Positions 10,649 through 24,014 are shown, counted from the first letter of the stretch. The stretch: DNA of 64,000 nt from Scyliorhinus canicula (GCF_902713615.1 NC_052154.1:80765072-80829071); one strand, 5' to 3'. Numbers and translations are program-made. The notes: generated from the letters alone by a model not told the origin.

Positions 10649-11533
10649 TTACCCCCCCCATACGAATGCCATGATATGTTTGTCCAGCGCTTTGAAAAAG
10701 GCCTTGGGGATGTAGATCGGAATGGATCTAAACAGGAAAAGGAACCTGGGCAGTACGTTCATTTTGATCGTCTGGACTCTCCCCGCGAGGGAGAGCGGTA
10801 GTGTGTTCCATCTTTGCAGGTCCTTTTTAACTTCCTCCGTCAGGCTGGTGAGGTTCCATTTGTGGATCCCTTTCCAGTCATGGGCTATTTGGATCCCCAG
10901 GTAGCGGAATTTATTTCGGGCTTGTTTGAACGGCAGGCCCTTTAGTGCTGCCCCCCCCCCCCCCCCCCCTTGCGGGTGTACTGGGAAGATCTCACTTTTG
11001 CTCATGTTGAGTTTGTAGCCCGAGAAGGCTCCAAACTCTTTCAGGACCGCGAGGATTCCGTCCATGCTGCTTTGTGGGTCCGAGATATAGAGGAGCAGAT
11101 CATCCGCATAGAGTGAGACTCTGTCCTCTCTACCTCCCCTTCGAATCCCCCTCCAATTTTTTGCTGCCCTGAGCGCGATTGCTAGCGGTTCGATTGCTAG
11201 TGCGAACAGCAGCGGGGACAGTGGGCATCCTTGTCTGGTGCCCCTGTGCAGCTGGAAGTATTGGGAGTTGGTATTGTTGGTCCGTACACTCGCCATGGGA
11301 GCGTTGTATAGGAGCTTTACCCAAGCGGTGAACCCTGTTCCAAGCCCGAACCGCTCCAGTACCTCTATGAGGTATTTCCATTCGACTCTGTCGAAGGCCT
11401 TTTCTGCGTCCAGGGAGACGATCACCTCTTGTGTTCTCTCCCCGGAGGGGGTCATTATCACGTTCAGCAGGCGCCTGATGTTCGCGGTAAGCTGTCTACC
11501 TTTGACGAAGCCCGTCTGGTCCTCTGTGACCAC
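10649..11533 (-). CDS. L1 ORF2 reverse transcriptase domain (fragment)
   Basis: ORF track: DQTGFVKGRQ, QGCPLSPLLF, LYADDLLL, FRYLGI. Ends at a frameshift in a G run. Confidence 0.9.
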   Translation of the reverse strand: MVTEDQTGFVKGRQLTANIRRLLNVIMTPSGERTQEVIVSLDAEKAFDRVEWKYLIEVLERFGLGTGFTAWVKLLYNAPMASVRTNNTNSQYFQLHRGTRQGCPLSPLLFALAIEPLAIALRAAKNWRGIRRGGREDRVSLYADDLLLYISDPQSSMDGILAVLKEFGAFSGYKLNMSKSEIFPVHPQGGGGGGAALKGLPFKQARNKFRYLGIQIAHDWKGIHKWNLTSLTEEVKKDLQRWNTLPLSLAGRVQTIKMNVLPRFLFLFRSIPIYIPKAFFKALDKHIMAFVWGG

Positions 11534-12204
11534 CTCAGGTACACAGTCTTCTAGCCTTTTGGCTAGGATTTTGGCCAGTATTTTGGCGTCTGCGTTCAGC
11601 AGAGATATGGGTCTGTATGACCCACATTCAGTTGGGTCTTTGTCTTTCTTAGGTATCAGCGAGATTGAGGCCTGTGCTAACGTGGGTGGCAGTGTGCCCC
11701 TAGCTAGCGAGTCTGTGTTAAATCATTCATTAAACTTGTCAAGGAGAAACGTGGCATAAGCGTCAGGTCCACCGAGGGTATTTAATAAGTACAATAAACC
11801 CATTTGTCATCAACTGGTATGGATTTTTTTTTCTCAGAATACAGTACCACAAAACTAAACACAGCAAATGCACCTTTTTGGTTCTGAGCCCCTTCAGCCC
11901 TCAAGGTAAATTAGATAGATTATAATCTCTCTTTGACCTTTGTCAGTGCGAGAGAGAGAGAGAGAAAGGTGAATATTCATCATGAAAACAAACATTGTTT
12001 TCTTCTACTTGATTCTCAGTAATAACAATTGTTCTGAAGTAGAATTGCTCGATGGACCACTAAAATATCACCGTGGACCCCCAATTCGATATTTTTTTTG
12101 TGTGGACCCACAGTAATGTTACATGGACCCCCAGGGTCCATGTGGACCCCGGTTGAGAACCACTGAGTTAGATCATGGTTGATTTGACTTAACTTCACAT
12201 CCAT

Positions 12205-15200
12205 ACAAAAAAATAATAAGGCATTTATAAATAAACATCAAACGCAATCACAGCTAAGGTCAAGAAAGAAATCAAACAGGAGATCACATCATAACTAAAT
12301 AAGTAACCAACAACCACAACCCGCCCTCTCTGCCATGCACCCCTCTCTTCCTCCACCGTTATTTGTTAGCCCCAACCCCCCCTCCCCCCGCTCAACACCC
12401 TGCTGACTTAGCTGTCCTGGAAGAAGTCAATGAATAGTTTGCATCTCCAGGTGAACCCTTCCATCGACCCCTTTAAGGCAAACTTAATTTTCTCCAGCCT
12501 AAGGAAATCTGCGTGGTCACTCACCCACACCCCTGGGTTCGGTGGCTCCGAGTCCCCCCACCCCAACAGTATCTGACTCCAGGCTACCAGAGAGGCAAAT
12601 GCGAGAATATCGGCCTCTCTCGCCCCCTGGACTCCCGGGTCAGGCCCTTCCGCACACTGCCCACAACCATCCTCCACCCCCTCAAAGAACCTGCTCATTC
12701 TAGCCACCATCATATGCGCTCTGTGGACTACTTTAAATTGACTGAGACTCAGCCTGGCACATGAAGAGTGCGCATTGACCCTCCTCATAGACTCCTCGCA
12801 GCCTCCAACTCACCCCGAGCTCTTCCCCCAATTCCACTTAACTACTCCTAATGGGGCACCCTCCCAATCTATTAATTCTTTATATATATATCTCTGACAC
12901 TCTGCCCTCACTAACCCCTGTTTTCGACAGCACCTTGTCCTGAAATCCCAGGGACGGCAGATCAGGAAAGGATGGCACCCGTTTTCTCACATAAAACCTG
13001 TACGTATCGGAACCCGTTTCTGCTGGCCAACTCATACTCCTCTACCAGTCCCTCCAAGCTCTGGAAGCTGCCACCGATGAATACATCCCCAAACTGCTCA
13101 ATCCCCACCCACTGCAACCCTTAAACCCCGCGACAAGCCTCACACCCCCCCAGAACAAACCTGTGATTACCACAGATAGGAGCCCACACCGAGGCCCCTT
13201 CACCCTCTCCTTCCCTCTCGCCAAATTGGGAGACCTCATTCTTTCCCATGTTTAATTTGTACCCCGAAAACCAGCCAAATTCCACCAGTATTTCCATAAT
13301 ATCCCCTGTTTTCCAATGGGTCCGATATATACAGCAACAGGTTGTCAGCTTATAGCATAACCCTATCCCGCCCCCCCACCCCCCCCCCCCCACCCCGCAA
13401 TATCCATTTCCAACCCCTTGATGCTCTAAGCATCATAAGCAGTGGCTCTATCACCAAGGTGAAGAGCAATGGCGAGAGTGGGCATCCCTACCTCATCCCA
13501 GAATACAGCCTAAAGTACTCGAAACTCACTCGATTCATTATTACACTCGCTACTGGCCCCGGTACAACAACCAAATCCAATCCACAAACCTTTGCCCAAA
13601 CCCAAACTTCCCCAATATCTCCCACTATTTCTCCCACTCTACCCTATTAAAGGCCTGCTCTGCATCCATTGCGACCTCCGCCTCCACATTCCATCCCTCC
13701 CGGGGCAACATTACGACATTTAGTAGACGCCTGATGTTAGCCGGCATATGTCTCCCTTTTGGAAAATGCCGCATTTCCTCCCCCCCCCCCGGTCGGGGGA
13801 TCTGATTCATAAAGCCTCCTGTAGAATTTCTCAAATGCCCCATTCACCCCCACTGGATCCAATACCACTCCACCCTTGCCATCCTTCACCCTACCAATCT
13901 CCCTCGTCCTACCAACCTTCTCCCTGAACTCATGCACTACCCCCTTGGCCCTTCGCAACTGCCCTACTGCCTTCCTTCTGGACACCAGCCCAAACTCCAT
14001 CTGGCACTTCTGCTTCTCCTTCAACAATCCCAGCCCTGGGGTCTCTGGGTACCTCCTATCCACCAACCTTGCCATCTCTGCTCCCCCTTCCCCCTGTGCA
14101 CCTGAATCGATATAAACTCCCCCCCTAATCACTGCCTTGTGTTCCTCCCACTGTGTGGCGGACGAGACCTCACCCGTGTTTCTTAGTTCCACGTATCTCT
14201 GGATGGCGGCCTCCACCGCCAACAATCCTCTTCATCCAGCCTCCACTATGGGCTCCACCCCTCCCCCCCCCCCCGGCGATGGGACCCCACCCTCCCGGGC
14301 GATGGGACCCCCCCACCTCAATTCACTTGCAAATACACTTAATGCGGCGTGTGGTCTGATACCAGGATCGCCGAGTATCCCGAACCCATCACCCACCAGC
14401 AATGACTTACCCAGCACAAAAAAATCAATCCGAGCGTACACCCTACAAAAATTATGAAAACTCTTTCACCCTCAGCCTCCCAAACCTTCACGGGTCCACT
14501 CCCCCCATGTGCTACATAAACCTCGTCAGCTCCTTCGCCACCACCAATGCCCTCTCCAACCTTGGGCTCGACCGGTCCAACCCCAGATCAATGTGTTAAA
14601 GTCCCCACCCATAATCAGCTGGGGCCAGTCCAGGTCCGGGATCTTCTCCAATACTCACTGCATAAATTCCACATCGTCCCAGTTTGGGGCATAAACATTT
14701 ACCAGGACCTCAGGCATCCCCTCCAATTTTCCACTTACCATCACGAACCTCACCCTGAATCTGCTACTATATTCCCAACCTCAAACACCACATGCTTATT
14801 CACCAGCACCGCCACCCCCGCGCCTTCATATCTAACACCGAATGGAAAACGTGCCCTACACCCTTTCCTTAGCCTTGTCTGGTCCCCGATCCTCAAATGT
14901 GTCTCTTGTAGAAAGGCCACATCTGCCTTCAAACTCACCAAGTGCGTGAAAACACATAACCGTTTGACTGGCCCATTCAGCCCCCTAACGTTCCATGTGA
15001 CCAGCCTAGTTGCAGGGCGGGGTGGGGGTACCCTGCCCCCTCCCCTGCCATTCAGCCATATCCATTCTTAGGCCAGTCCCCGGCCCATGCCACGCGACCC
15101 TCCAGGTCCACCCCTGGATGCCTACCATTGCCACTCCCTCCATAGAAGGCCACAGCAACAACACCTTTGTCAGCAGGACCCCTCCTCCATTCCTCTTGCC

Positions 15201-16165
15201 CTAAACAAAACAATCCTATCCCCCTCTACTTCACTAACCATCTGCTCACCCCCCACAGTGCTCCCATTAACTAGCCCGCCCAGCTAGTCTGGCAGCATCT
15301 GCCCAATGTGCCTAAACCTCCTACCCCACATTGATTCCCCTCCGCCCCTCTTGCACACCTCACAACAAACAGTGCAACAATAAAAAGCAAATGAGAAAGA
15401 AAACCCAAAAACACAAAAGGTGCACTCGCCCCCTCATTGCCTCGCAACATCTCAGAGGAGAAAAGTTCCCCAACCGCCAATAGAACAACATCAGGGACCA
15501 AAAAACAGGAAAAAAGACCCTACATTCATCTCTAGACCCTCCCCCACAGTTCAATGTCCACCTGAAACCTACCAGTCCATTGTCTCTCAAAAATTCCATC
15601 AATTCTCAAGCTCTACCTCTGGGAGCGGTTCTCAAGGTCCTCTACCTTCTCCTGCAGCCACCACTGGTTATCTAGCATTACTCCCACATCGGCCGCCAAC
15701 AAAGCCAACTGCTCCTTACGCTCCCCCACCGCCTCCTCCACTTTCAGGGTAGCTTGGCCCTGGGACTCCAGCCTCTGCTCCACTCAATCGATTCCCAACT
15801 TCAGCAGATCTACAGCCTTGGCTAGGTCCTCATTGGCCTCTCTCCTCTGCTGTCTCAACTTCTATTTCAAGAATTCCACCAGTTGATCCATCGACCATTG
15901 GGTAGGCAGCACAGGACCTTTATCCTCCGTCATCTTGAGCTGCGAAGATTCTCCTGCTGCATCTGCTCCCGTCTCCTCGACCCACTTCTGGTCCATGGAC
16001 TCATCCACCAGTCCCACCAGTGGAGTCAGACATTCCTCTGGCCAGCCGTACACCTTCTTGAACCACATATCCACCCTCTGAACGGGGAAGAGGTTCGAAA
16101 GTAACAACCTCGAGCGGGAGCTGCCAAATGTGCGACCGCTCACACCATGGCGGCCACCGGAATTC
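12205..16165 (-). mobile_element. Older, degenerate and internally deleted L1 retaining both ends
   Basis: 5' motif at about 16156-16165. EN remnants (ADVAFLQETHL; YARIDFFVLG), RT remnant (MDAEQAFNRVEW) and C-terminus (12408-12788), with many stops and frameshifts. Confidence 0.85.
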
Positions 16166-16194
16166 CCCACATTCATTTTTAAAAAACAAATTTA

Positions 16195-16395
16195 AAGTAC
16201 CCAATTATTTTTTTCGAATTAAGGGGCAATTTAGCATGGCCAATCCACCTACCTGCACGTCTTTGGGTTGTGGGGGTGAGATCCGCACAGACACAGGGAG
16301 AATGTGCAAATTCCACACACCCAGTGATCCGGGGCCGGGTTTGAACCCGGGTCCTCGATGCTATGAGGCAGCATTGCTAACCACTGCACCACCAT
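16195..16395 (-). mobile_element. HE1-like SINE
   Basis: Same core; B-box-like gggttcaaacc on the minus strand. Confidence 0.75.
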
Positions 16396-16544
16396 GCCTC
16401 CCATAACTGCACATTTGTAGCATCGCACCTCCCCCACATACCCCTCACTCAGCCTTGTAGATGCGTAGTCATCCAGCCTCCACTGATTACTGGGAAAGAG
16501 AATCCCAGATTAACCACCCAATAAGGGAAACAAATCTTCCTCCC

Positions 16545-16950
16545 CTAGAATCATCGAGTCATCCAGTACAGAAGGGGCCTTTCGACCCACCGAGTCTGCA
16601 CCAACAAAACTACACTATATCTACACTTATCCCACTCTACAGAACGTGGCCCACAGCCTTGAATGTTATTACTTTCCAAATGCGTTTCCACATACTTTTT
16701 AAAGATTGTGATGTTTCCCACCTCTACTACTCTCTCAGGCTGTGCATTCCAGACTTCCACCATACTCTGCCCTCAAGACCGATCTAAACATCCTTCCTCC
16801 ACCTTAAAATTATGCCCTCTCGTTATTCATCCTTCAACTAAGGGAAACAACTGCTCCCTATCCACCCTGTCCATACTCAAAATCTTATACACCTCAATCA
16901 GGTCCCACTCAGCATTTTCTCTTCTAAAGAAATAGAGCCTATCCAGCATC
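16545..16950 (-). mobile_element. CR1 3' fragment
   Basis: ORF 16551-16763 (VEVWNAQPERVVEVGNITIFKKY) and tail. Confidence 0.75.
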
Positions 16951-17540
16951 TCTTCTGCAGCTCAACCAAGTTGCATGATGGGAAATTTGTTTGAGTAAAG
17001 AAATGTTCTGACTCAAGCTAAAAACACAAAATGCACAATGATGAAAACCACAGGCTTCCCAGCACAAGGCCTGCCGTGGTAAACCACAAGGAAGGTTATG
17101 AACAAAACAGGAGTTAGTAGCGAACAGTGGGAAGGGACATTGGAACCAGACAGCCACAGACATTTGCAGACCCCGAGAAAGAGGGCCTATTGGCCTTTAT
17201 GTTTGCAAAGGTTATTAAGATGGAAATCTGCTTGGGGAACAATTAAACAGATGTGTCCTATTTACCAGACTCTTTGGAAGGATAACCACAACCACATGGG
17301 AGTCTTACACATACATCATTGAACATTCCAGAAGGGGAACAAATGGAATAAAGGCACATGAGATCAATGCCTCAGGAGTGACAACTCTGGAGCGAAAACC
17401 CTAGGAACAACCATTGCAGAAGAAGACGCCGAGTTAGTGACTTGGAGATCAGTGAAGTACCAACTGGAAGTGCATGACCAGGTATTCTGCTAGGGTAATA
17501 CTTGAGTTCGATTCATGAGTTGACTAATGGATATTAGTGC

Positions 17541-17652
17541 ATTGAGTTATAGAGTCTGTGTGACATATATTGAGTTAAAGCGTCTGTGTGACATTCATTG
17601 AGTTAAAGAGTCTGTGTGACTTTTATCAAGTATACAGTCTATGTGACATATT
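17541..17652. repeat. 28-bp minisatellite, four imperfect units
   Basis: Units of the form attgagttatagagtctgtgtgacatat begin at 17541, 17569, 17597 and 17625. Confidence 0.85.
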
Positions 17653-17714
17653 AGTACAAATAATGATAGTATTAAGTGAATACTATCAGTCTTGCTGAGT
17701 TTGTATGTTGTGTC

Positions 17715-18900
17715 AGTTGAATTCCTTCGAGGAGTAGGGGTGTAGCACTTCATAGCTCAAATGCTCCTTTCTGGGTAACATCCTGGAGAATGACCTCTGG
17801 ACTCTCTCATATTTCCTATAGTGAGGGCCCAGAACTTCACACAAAACAAAACAGGAGTTAGTAGCGAACATTGGGAAGGGGCATTGGAACCAGACAGCAA
17901 CAGACATGTACAACAAAATGTTGTACAGCTGCAACATAACCTCCCTACTCTTATTATTAATATCACAGCTGATAAAGGCAAAGGTCCCGTATGTCTTCAT
18001 AACTACCCTATTAACCTGTCGTGCTGCCATCAGAGATCCAAGGATAAGCACCCAAGATCCGTCTGTTTCTCTGAGCTCTCACGGGTTCTGTCACTCAATT
18101 AGTACTCCATTATTTCATTCCTCTTTCAAAGTGCATCAGCTCGCCTTTTTAGGGTCAAATTCCATCTGCCACTGAGCTGCTGATCTGACCAACCCGTCTA
18201 AACCTTACTACAACCTAAGACCTTCAGCGCACTATGAACCAATATGCTAAGCTTCATGTCATCCAGAAATATACGTATCATCGCCCCTCACATTCTCATC
18301 TATGACATTTATATCGTAAATGGAAGAAACCTTATTCTTGTTCTAGATTCCACCATGACAGTTAAATATCTTTTCGGCATCCTTCCCTGTCAAGGAACAC
18401 CAAGTCAAACAGCGTCCCCCCTCCCCACCCCCCCCCCCCCCCCACCACCGCGAAATCGTACGCTGTTCCATAAGATCACATGCCAAAATCCATTGTGTCT
18501 AGGCCCAACCTGCTCAACCTTTCCTCATTATCAGGCCCTTTAATTCCAGAAATCAGTTTGATAAACTTTCTCTGAATTGCTTCAATGCAATAGAGCTCAA
18601 TCCCTCCCCTCTGCCCCTATCTTACCGAAGATGACCATAGCTGCACACAATACTTGAGGTCCAGTCTCACCAATGCTCCCTACCGTTGGAACAAGACATT
18701 GCCATTTGTATACCTCATCCGTCTTGCAATAAAAAAACATTCCATTAGGCTAACTACTTGCTGTGCCTGCATTGGAACTTCTTGGGATTCATGTACATGG
18801 ACAGTCAGATCCATCTGCACTTCAGCGCTATGCAGACTCCCCCCATTAAAATACAATTCTGCATTTCTATTCTTACAATAATTATGGACAATCACATTTC
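17715..18900 (-). mobile_element. Two degenerate CR1 ORF2 fragments (about 17715-18230 and 18560-18900)
   Basis: Translations include REVMLQLY, QRSFSRMLP and VHVHESQEVPMQAQQVV. Confidence 0.7.
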
Positions 18901-19089
18901 GTATATTATACTCCAGCTCCAAAGTGTTTGCCCAGTTACATTTTTTATTATTAATTCAAGGGATAAGGATTTTGACCAGCATTTATTGTCCACCTCTAAT
19001 TGTCCTCGAGAAGGTGGTGCTGTACTTCTGGTGGTGGCATGTGAAGGAGAGGTCGCTCATTATGTAGCAACAAGGGTTCACGTTTTTTA

Positions 19090-20735
19090 GGTCTTTTTCC
19101 CGATTTGTCGGGAGACATTTGCAGGAAAACACTTTGGACCAGTACTACAGGGTTCCCGCACCGAACACATGCCAAAAAGAAAAGGGAAATGAATCAAAAA
19201 CCCCAGAGTGAATAATTCTGCGGTCGTCTTGGAAGCTTCACGCTGTTCCTCAGCCGAGAAAATGGTGGCAGCAGCATTGCTGATGAAAGCCACTCCGATA
19301 ACAGAAGACATGCTCTCGGGTCCAGCAACTCAAAACAGCCCATGAGGGGCTGTGGGCCATCAGCAGTGGCAGAATTGTATTCATCTGCAATCTGCAACCT
19401 CATGGCCCGACATACCATACGCTACCATTACCGTCAAGTCAGGGGATCAACCTTGGTTCATTGAGGAGTGCAGGCTAGCATGCCAGGTGCAATGCCAGGT
19501 ACACCATAAATGAGGTGTCGACCTGGTGAAGCTACAACACAGGACTATTCGTCTGCGAAACAGCATAAGCAGCAAGTAATTGGCAGAGTTAAGTGATTCC
19601 ACAACTAATGCATCAGATCTAAGCATTGCAATCCTGCCACATTCAGTCATCAATGGTGGTGGACTATTCAACAACTCACTGGTGGAAGAGGCTCCACAAA
19701 TATCCCCATCCTCAATGATGGAGGAGCCCAGCACACATGTGCAAAAGGCAAGGCTGAGGCATTCACAGCAATCTTCAACCAGAAGTGCCGAGTGGATGAT
19801 CCATCTCGGTCTCCTCCAGAAGTCCCCAGCATCACAGATGTCAGTCTTCGGCCAATGCAGTTCACTCAACGTGACATCAAGAAACGGCTGAAGGCACTGG
19901 ATGCTGCAAAGGCTATGGGCCCTGACAATATTCCGGCCATAGTACTGAAGACTTGTGCTCCAGAACTTGCCGCACTCCTAGCCATGCTGTTCCAGTACAG
20001 CAACAACACTGACATCTACCCGGCAATGTGGAAAATTGCCCAGGTGCGTTGTGTACACAAGAAACAGGACAAATCCAACCCAGGCAATTACTGCCCTATC
20101 AGTCTACTATCCATCATCAGCAAAGTGATGGAAGGAGTCATCAACAGTGCTATCAAGTGACATTTTATCTGCAATAACCTGCTCATGGACACTCAGTTTT
20201 TGTTCTGCCAGGGTCACTCAGCTCCTGACCTCATTACAGCCTTGGTTCAAACATGGCCAAAAACGCTGAATGCCAGAGGTGAGGTAAAAGTGACTGCACT
20301 TGACATCAAGTCAACATTTGGCCGACTGTGAAATCAAGGAGCCCTAGCTAAACTGGAGTCAATGGGAAACAGGGGGGAAACTCTCTGCTGGTTGGAGTCA
20401 CACCTGGCACAAAGGAAGATGGTTGTGGTGGGCGGAGGTTAATTATCTTGGTGCAAGACATCACTGCAAGGGTTGTTCAGGGTAGTGACCTAGACCCAAA
20501 CGTCTTCAGTTGATTCATTAATGACCTACCTTCCATCATAAGGCCAGACGTGGGGATGTTTGTGGATGACTGCACAATGTTCAGCATCATTCATAACTCC
20601 TCAGATTATGAAGCAGTCCATGTCCAAATGCAGCAAGACGTGGACAATATCCAGGCTTCGGCTGACAAGTGGTAAGTTACATTTGTGCCACACAGATGAC
20701 AATCTCCTACAAGAGAGGATCTAACCATCGCCCCT
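19090..20735 (+). mobile_element. Degenerate CR1/L2/Jockey-group LINE (EN linker plus RT)
   Basis: ORF 19792-20160: KAMGPDNIPAIVLK...KKQDKSNPGNYCPISLLSIISKVME. Downstream FVDD-like RT remnant. Confidence 0.8.
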
Positions 20736-20739
20736 AATG

Positions 20740-21725
20740 GTAACCCCTAGGATGTTGATAATGGGGAATACAGCGATGGTAATGGCATTTAATGTCACAG
20801 GGTGATGGCTAGATTCTCTCTTGCAGGCAACGGTCATTGCCTGACACTTGTGTGGTGTGAATGTTACTTGCCAATTGTCAGCCAAGCCTGGGTATTGTCC
20901 AGGACCTGCTGCATTTGGACATCAGAAAACACAAATGGCGTTGAATCTTTGGCGATCACTCGGTACAAGTATGATTGTCCACTTAAAAAACTTGGTGTTC
21001 CTGATCATGGGTTCTGTGTGTGCTTTTGCATGGCTGATGGGCATGATCCAAGAGTCACATCTTTGACCGCATACTTGACAGGCGTTCCTGGGAGGTAGGA
21101 TCGGTCCTTGTGTTGAATATTGTGCAAACATCAATGAACATCCCCACTTTTAATCTTCTGATGGAAGGAAGGCCATTGATGAAGCTACTGAAGATGGTTA
21201 GGCCTAGAACTCTATTTTGAGGAATTTCTGCCATGATGTCCTGGAGCTGAGATGACTGACCTCCAAAAACAGCAACCATCTTCCCAGGTGCTAGGTACTG
21301 TTCCAACCAGAGGAGAGTTTTCCACCTGATTCACGTTGGCTCCAGTTTTGCTTGGGCTCCTTGATGTCACCTCACCTCTGGAGTTCAGCTCTTTTGTCAC
21401 TGTTTGAACCAAGGCGATAATGAGGTCAGGAACTACGTGGCCTGATTGAACCAAAACTGAGAGTCAGTGATAGATAATTGCTAAGCTTGTTAGCTGTGTT
21501 GACACCCTTTTCGTCACTTCATTGATGATTGAGAATAGCTTTATTGATAGTAGTTAGCCGGGCTGGATTGGTCTTGCTTTTGTGTGCAGGGCATACCTGG
21601 ACAATATTTCAGACTGCTGCGTAGATGCCAGTGTTCTAGCTTGACCAGATAGTTGGTCAGTTCTAGAGAAGAAGTCTTCAGTACTATTGCCGAAATATTG
21701 TCAGGGTCCATAGCCTCGACCAATC
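20740..21725 (-). mobile_element. Inverted second copy of the same LINE family, degenerate
   Basis: ORF 21541-21723 (AMDPDNISAIVLKT...KQDQSSPANY) parallels 19792-20160. Confidence 0.75.
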
Positions 21726-22814
21726 CATATCCCTGTACAAATTCTGTGCCTTCGTTGCAATTTGTCTTCCTACCTATATTTATCTCAGCAGCACATCTGG
21801 CTCTATTACAAGTTACTACTATAGAGTATAAGTAGTTGAGGGCCTAGCACTGAACCCTGTGGCACGCCACGAGTTGCAGTTTGCCAACCTGAGAATTACC
21901 CATTTATGCTGATTTTTGTTTACTTTTAAATAACAAATCCGATATCCATGCTTATATACTACTCCCAACAGTATCAGAAGTAACATTGCAATCTAAAGCA
22001 ATTAATTGAATGAGTTTGATGGCAGAATTAATGTACACTGAATGTCCATATGTAACTCAAACACACATAGATATTGTTTGTTTCGAGGCCACTCCTAATG
22101 GTGTGCTGTTAAATTGTGATTGACATTGCAACAATTTGTTAGATCAGCATATGTAAATTCAGGTAATCTGAAAACTCCGATCAGTCAGCGGATGGTGGGA
22201 TTCTCAATCGCACCCAAAAGACGTTCATAGGAAACAGGATCGTAAGGTTAATAAGTGAGGTCAGCCAATAAATCCATCTGACATGTAACGATCATATCCC
22301 AATCAGATTTGCACAACCATGGACCAAACAGGCTCTTATACATATAGCAGTTTGTGTTTCACTGGGTCTTGATATATGCATTTAACGTTTTTAAGATGGC
22401 AAACTCAATTAGTTAGCACATGGTTCACCGGCACTCATTACATACGCTTGGTTTTTTTCATTACACTGATCACGATGTTCTGTTGGTAAATGCGGAACCA
22501 AATCCATTAGGCAAATCAATAACACTTTATCATCGCAAAAACAGAATGGGACAGTTACAGTCCAGTGTTGTGCCCAGACCGATGTGCAACGTCGCCATTT
22601 ATGAACAAGTAGAGGTCATTTAGCGTCTCTAGCAGGTTTTCTGGTCAGTGAGCGCATGTCTAATCCATCAGCTAACTCCATATACCCGTGTCTGCCAATA
22701 TCATTTCACATTGTTGATAGAAAAAGTCTATCAATATCAGATTTAAAATTAGCAATTGATCTAGTTCAAAAAAGCAAAATACTACCGATACTGGGTAGCT
22801 GAAATAAAAACAAA

Positions 22815-23060
22815 ATGTGCAATGTTCTCCCCATGTCTAAGTGGGTTTCCTCCGGGTGCTCCGGTTTCCTCCCACAGTCCAAAGGTGTGCAGGTTAGGTG
22901 GATTGGCCATAATAAATTGCTCTTAGTGTCCAAAAAGGTTAAGTGGGGGTTACTGGGTTACGGGGACAGGGTGGGGGAGGGGTTTGAGTACGGTTCTTTT
23001 CCAAGGGCCGGTGCAGACTCGATGGGCCGAATGGCCTCCTTCAGCATTCTCGGATTCTAT
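22815..23060 (+). mobile_element. HE1-like SINE (5'-truncated)
   Basis: gggtttcctccgggtgctccggtttcctcccacagtccaaag core and tail. Confidence 0.8.
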
Positions 23061-24014
23061 GCTTTCCTTCACCAGCTGGTTCAAAAGCTGCCACTGAAAC
23101 CGGGCATTAAACTCTTCTAACCCAGAGCCTCGAGCAGGAGCCACGAAACGTGCTACATGCCATCACCTACATGCCGTCACCGGAAATCTTCACCCAACAC
23201 TAGGTTTTGATCTTTACTGATTGTTTGTTGCAGCCTCATTATCAACTTCTCTGTCCTGTGTTTTCACCGATTTCCTTGGAACCAAAATAATAGTATTTCA
23301 CACGTGAATGACGGGCTATTTTCTATTAAAATTTCCCCCCGACATTGAGTGTATCTTTGCTGTCCGTTTCCGTAACATTACAATTCTTTATTTTTAACCT
23401 TAACGTTTGGGAAGCTAATGGAATCGCGATCTTTCTCATTGGTCGGGATTTTCTGATAATCCTGGTGCCGACAGACATTCTTCTGGAGTACAAAGTCAAC
23501 TTCTGCTAATGATGAAATGGCGAATAATTAATTCAAGAAATCGCCATTAAAATAGTTATTTGCTTCACCAATTTCCCCCAGGCCTCGCGGCTCCATTGCA
23601 GAATTCAGGAAGTCATCCGAAAGGTTCAAGTGACAACCACGCCAATGACGTTGAGCTATCGTCATTCGTCATTGAATATATTAATTACAGATGCAATCAT
23701 GAGCTGGAACGTTAAATGCAATCCATACAAAGTCAAAGGTCGTCTAAAACAATTAGATTGTTGGCAATTCCTGGGCTGGAGGGGATTATTAAGTCAGTGC
23801 CACCGTATCAGTACTACGTGGTTCGACTTGTCTGGCGAGTAATTCAAAATCTTGGCAGTAATAGCACCGATAATATCGACCAAATGTCGATCCCCAGAAG
23901 GGATCTGAATGAGCTGTGTATAGAATATGTGGAATATGCGTAAAGGACAGAGGCTGCACTTTCGAATGGTACTCGGATAAGCAAATTGGCCGAATGTAAA
24001 TCAGAATCGTGTTA

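Larger units (their letters stand above)
9052..11712 (-). mobile_element. 5'-truncated young L1 (RT, C-terminal domain, 3' UTR, A-rich tail)
   Basis: 19-bp TSD ctgtgttaaatcattcatt at 9033-9051 and 11713-11731. RT motifs SLDAEKAFDRV, GTRQGCPLSP and YADD; C-terminal CxxC...HxxWxC knuckle. Confidence 0.95.
8744..12165. mobile_element. Non-autonomous hAT (Charlie-like) DNA transposon, ~740 bp, split by an L1 insertion
   Basis: TIRs CAGGAGTTCTCAACC (8744) and GGTTGAGAACCACTG (to 12165). 8-bp TSD agttggat (8736-8743) / agttagat (12166-12173). Confidence 0.85.

Noticed and set aside
17541-17652. Short repeats that might be a CRISPR-like array
   Set aside because: The units are contiguous 28-mers with no unique spacers, in a vertebrate context. 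This is a minisatellite.
23580-23943. Overlapping short ORFs in unique DNA after a ttcccccag acceptor
   Set aside because: No recognisable domain or consistent frame, so it cannot be supported without RNA data.
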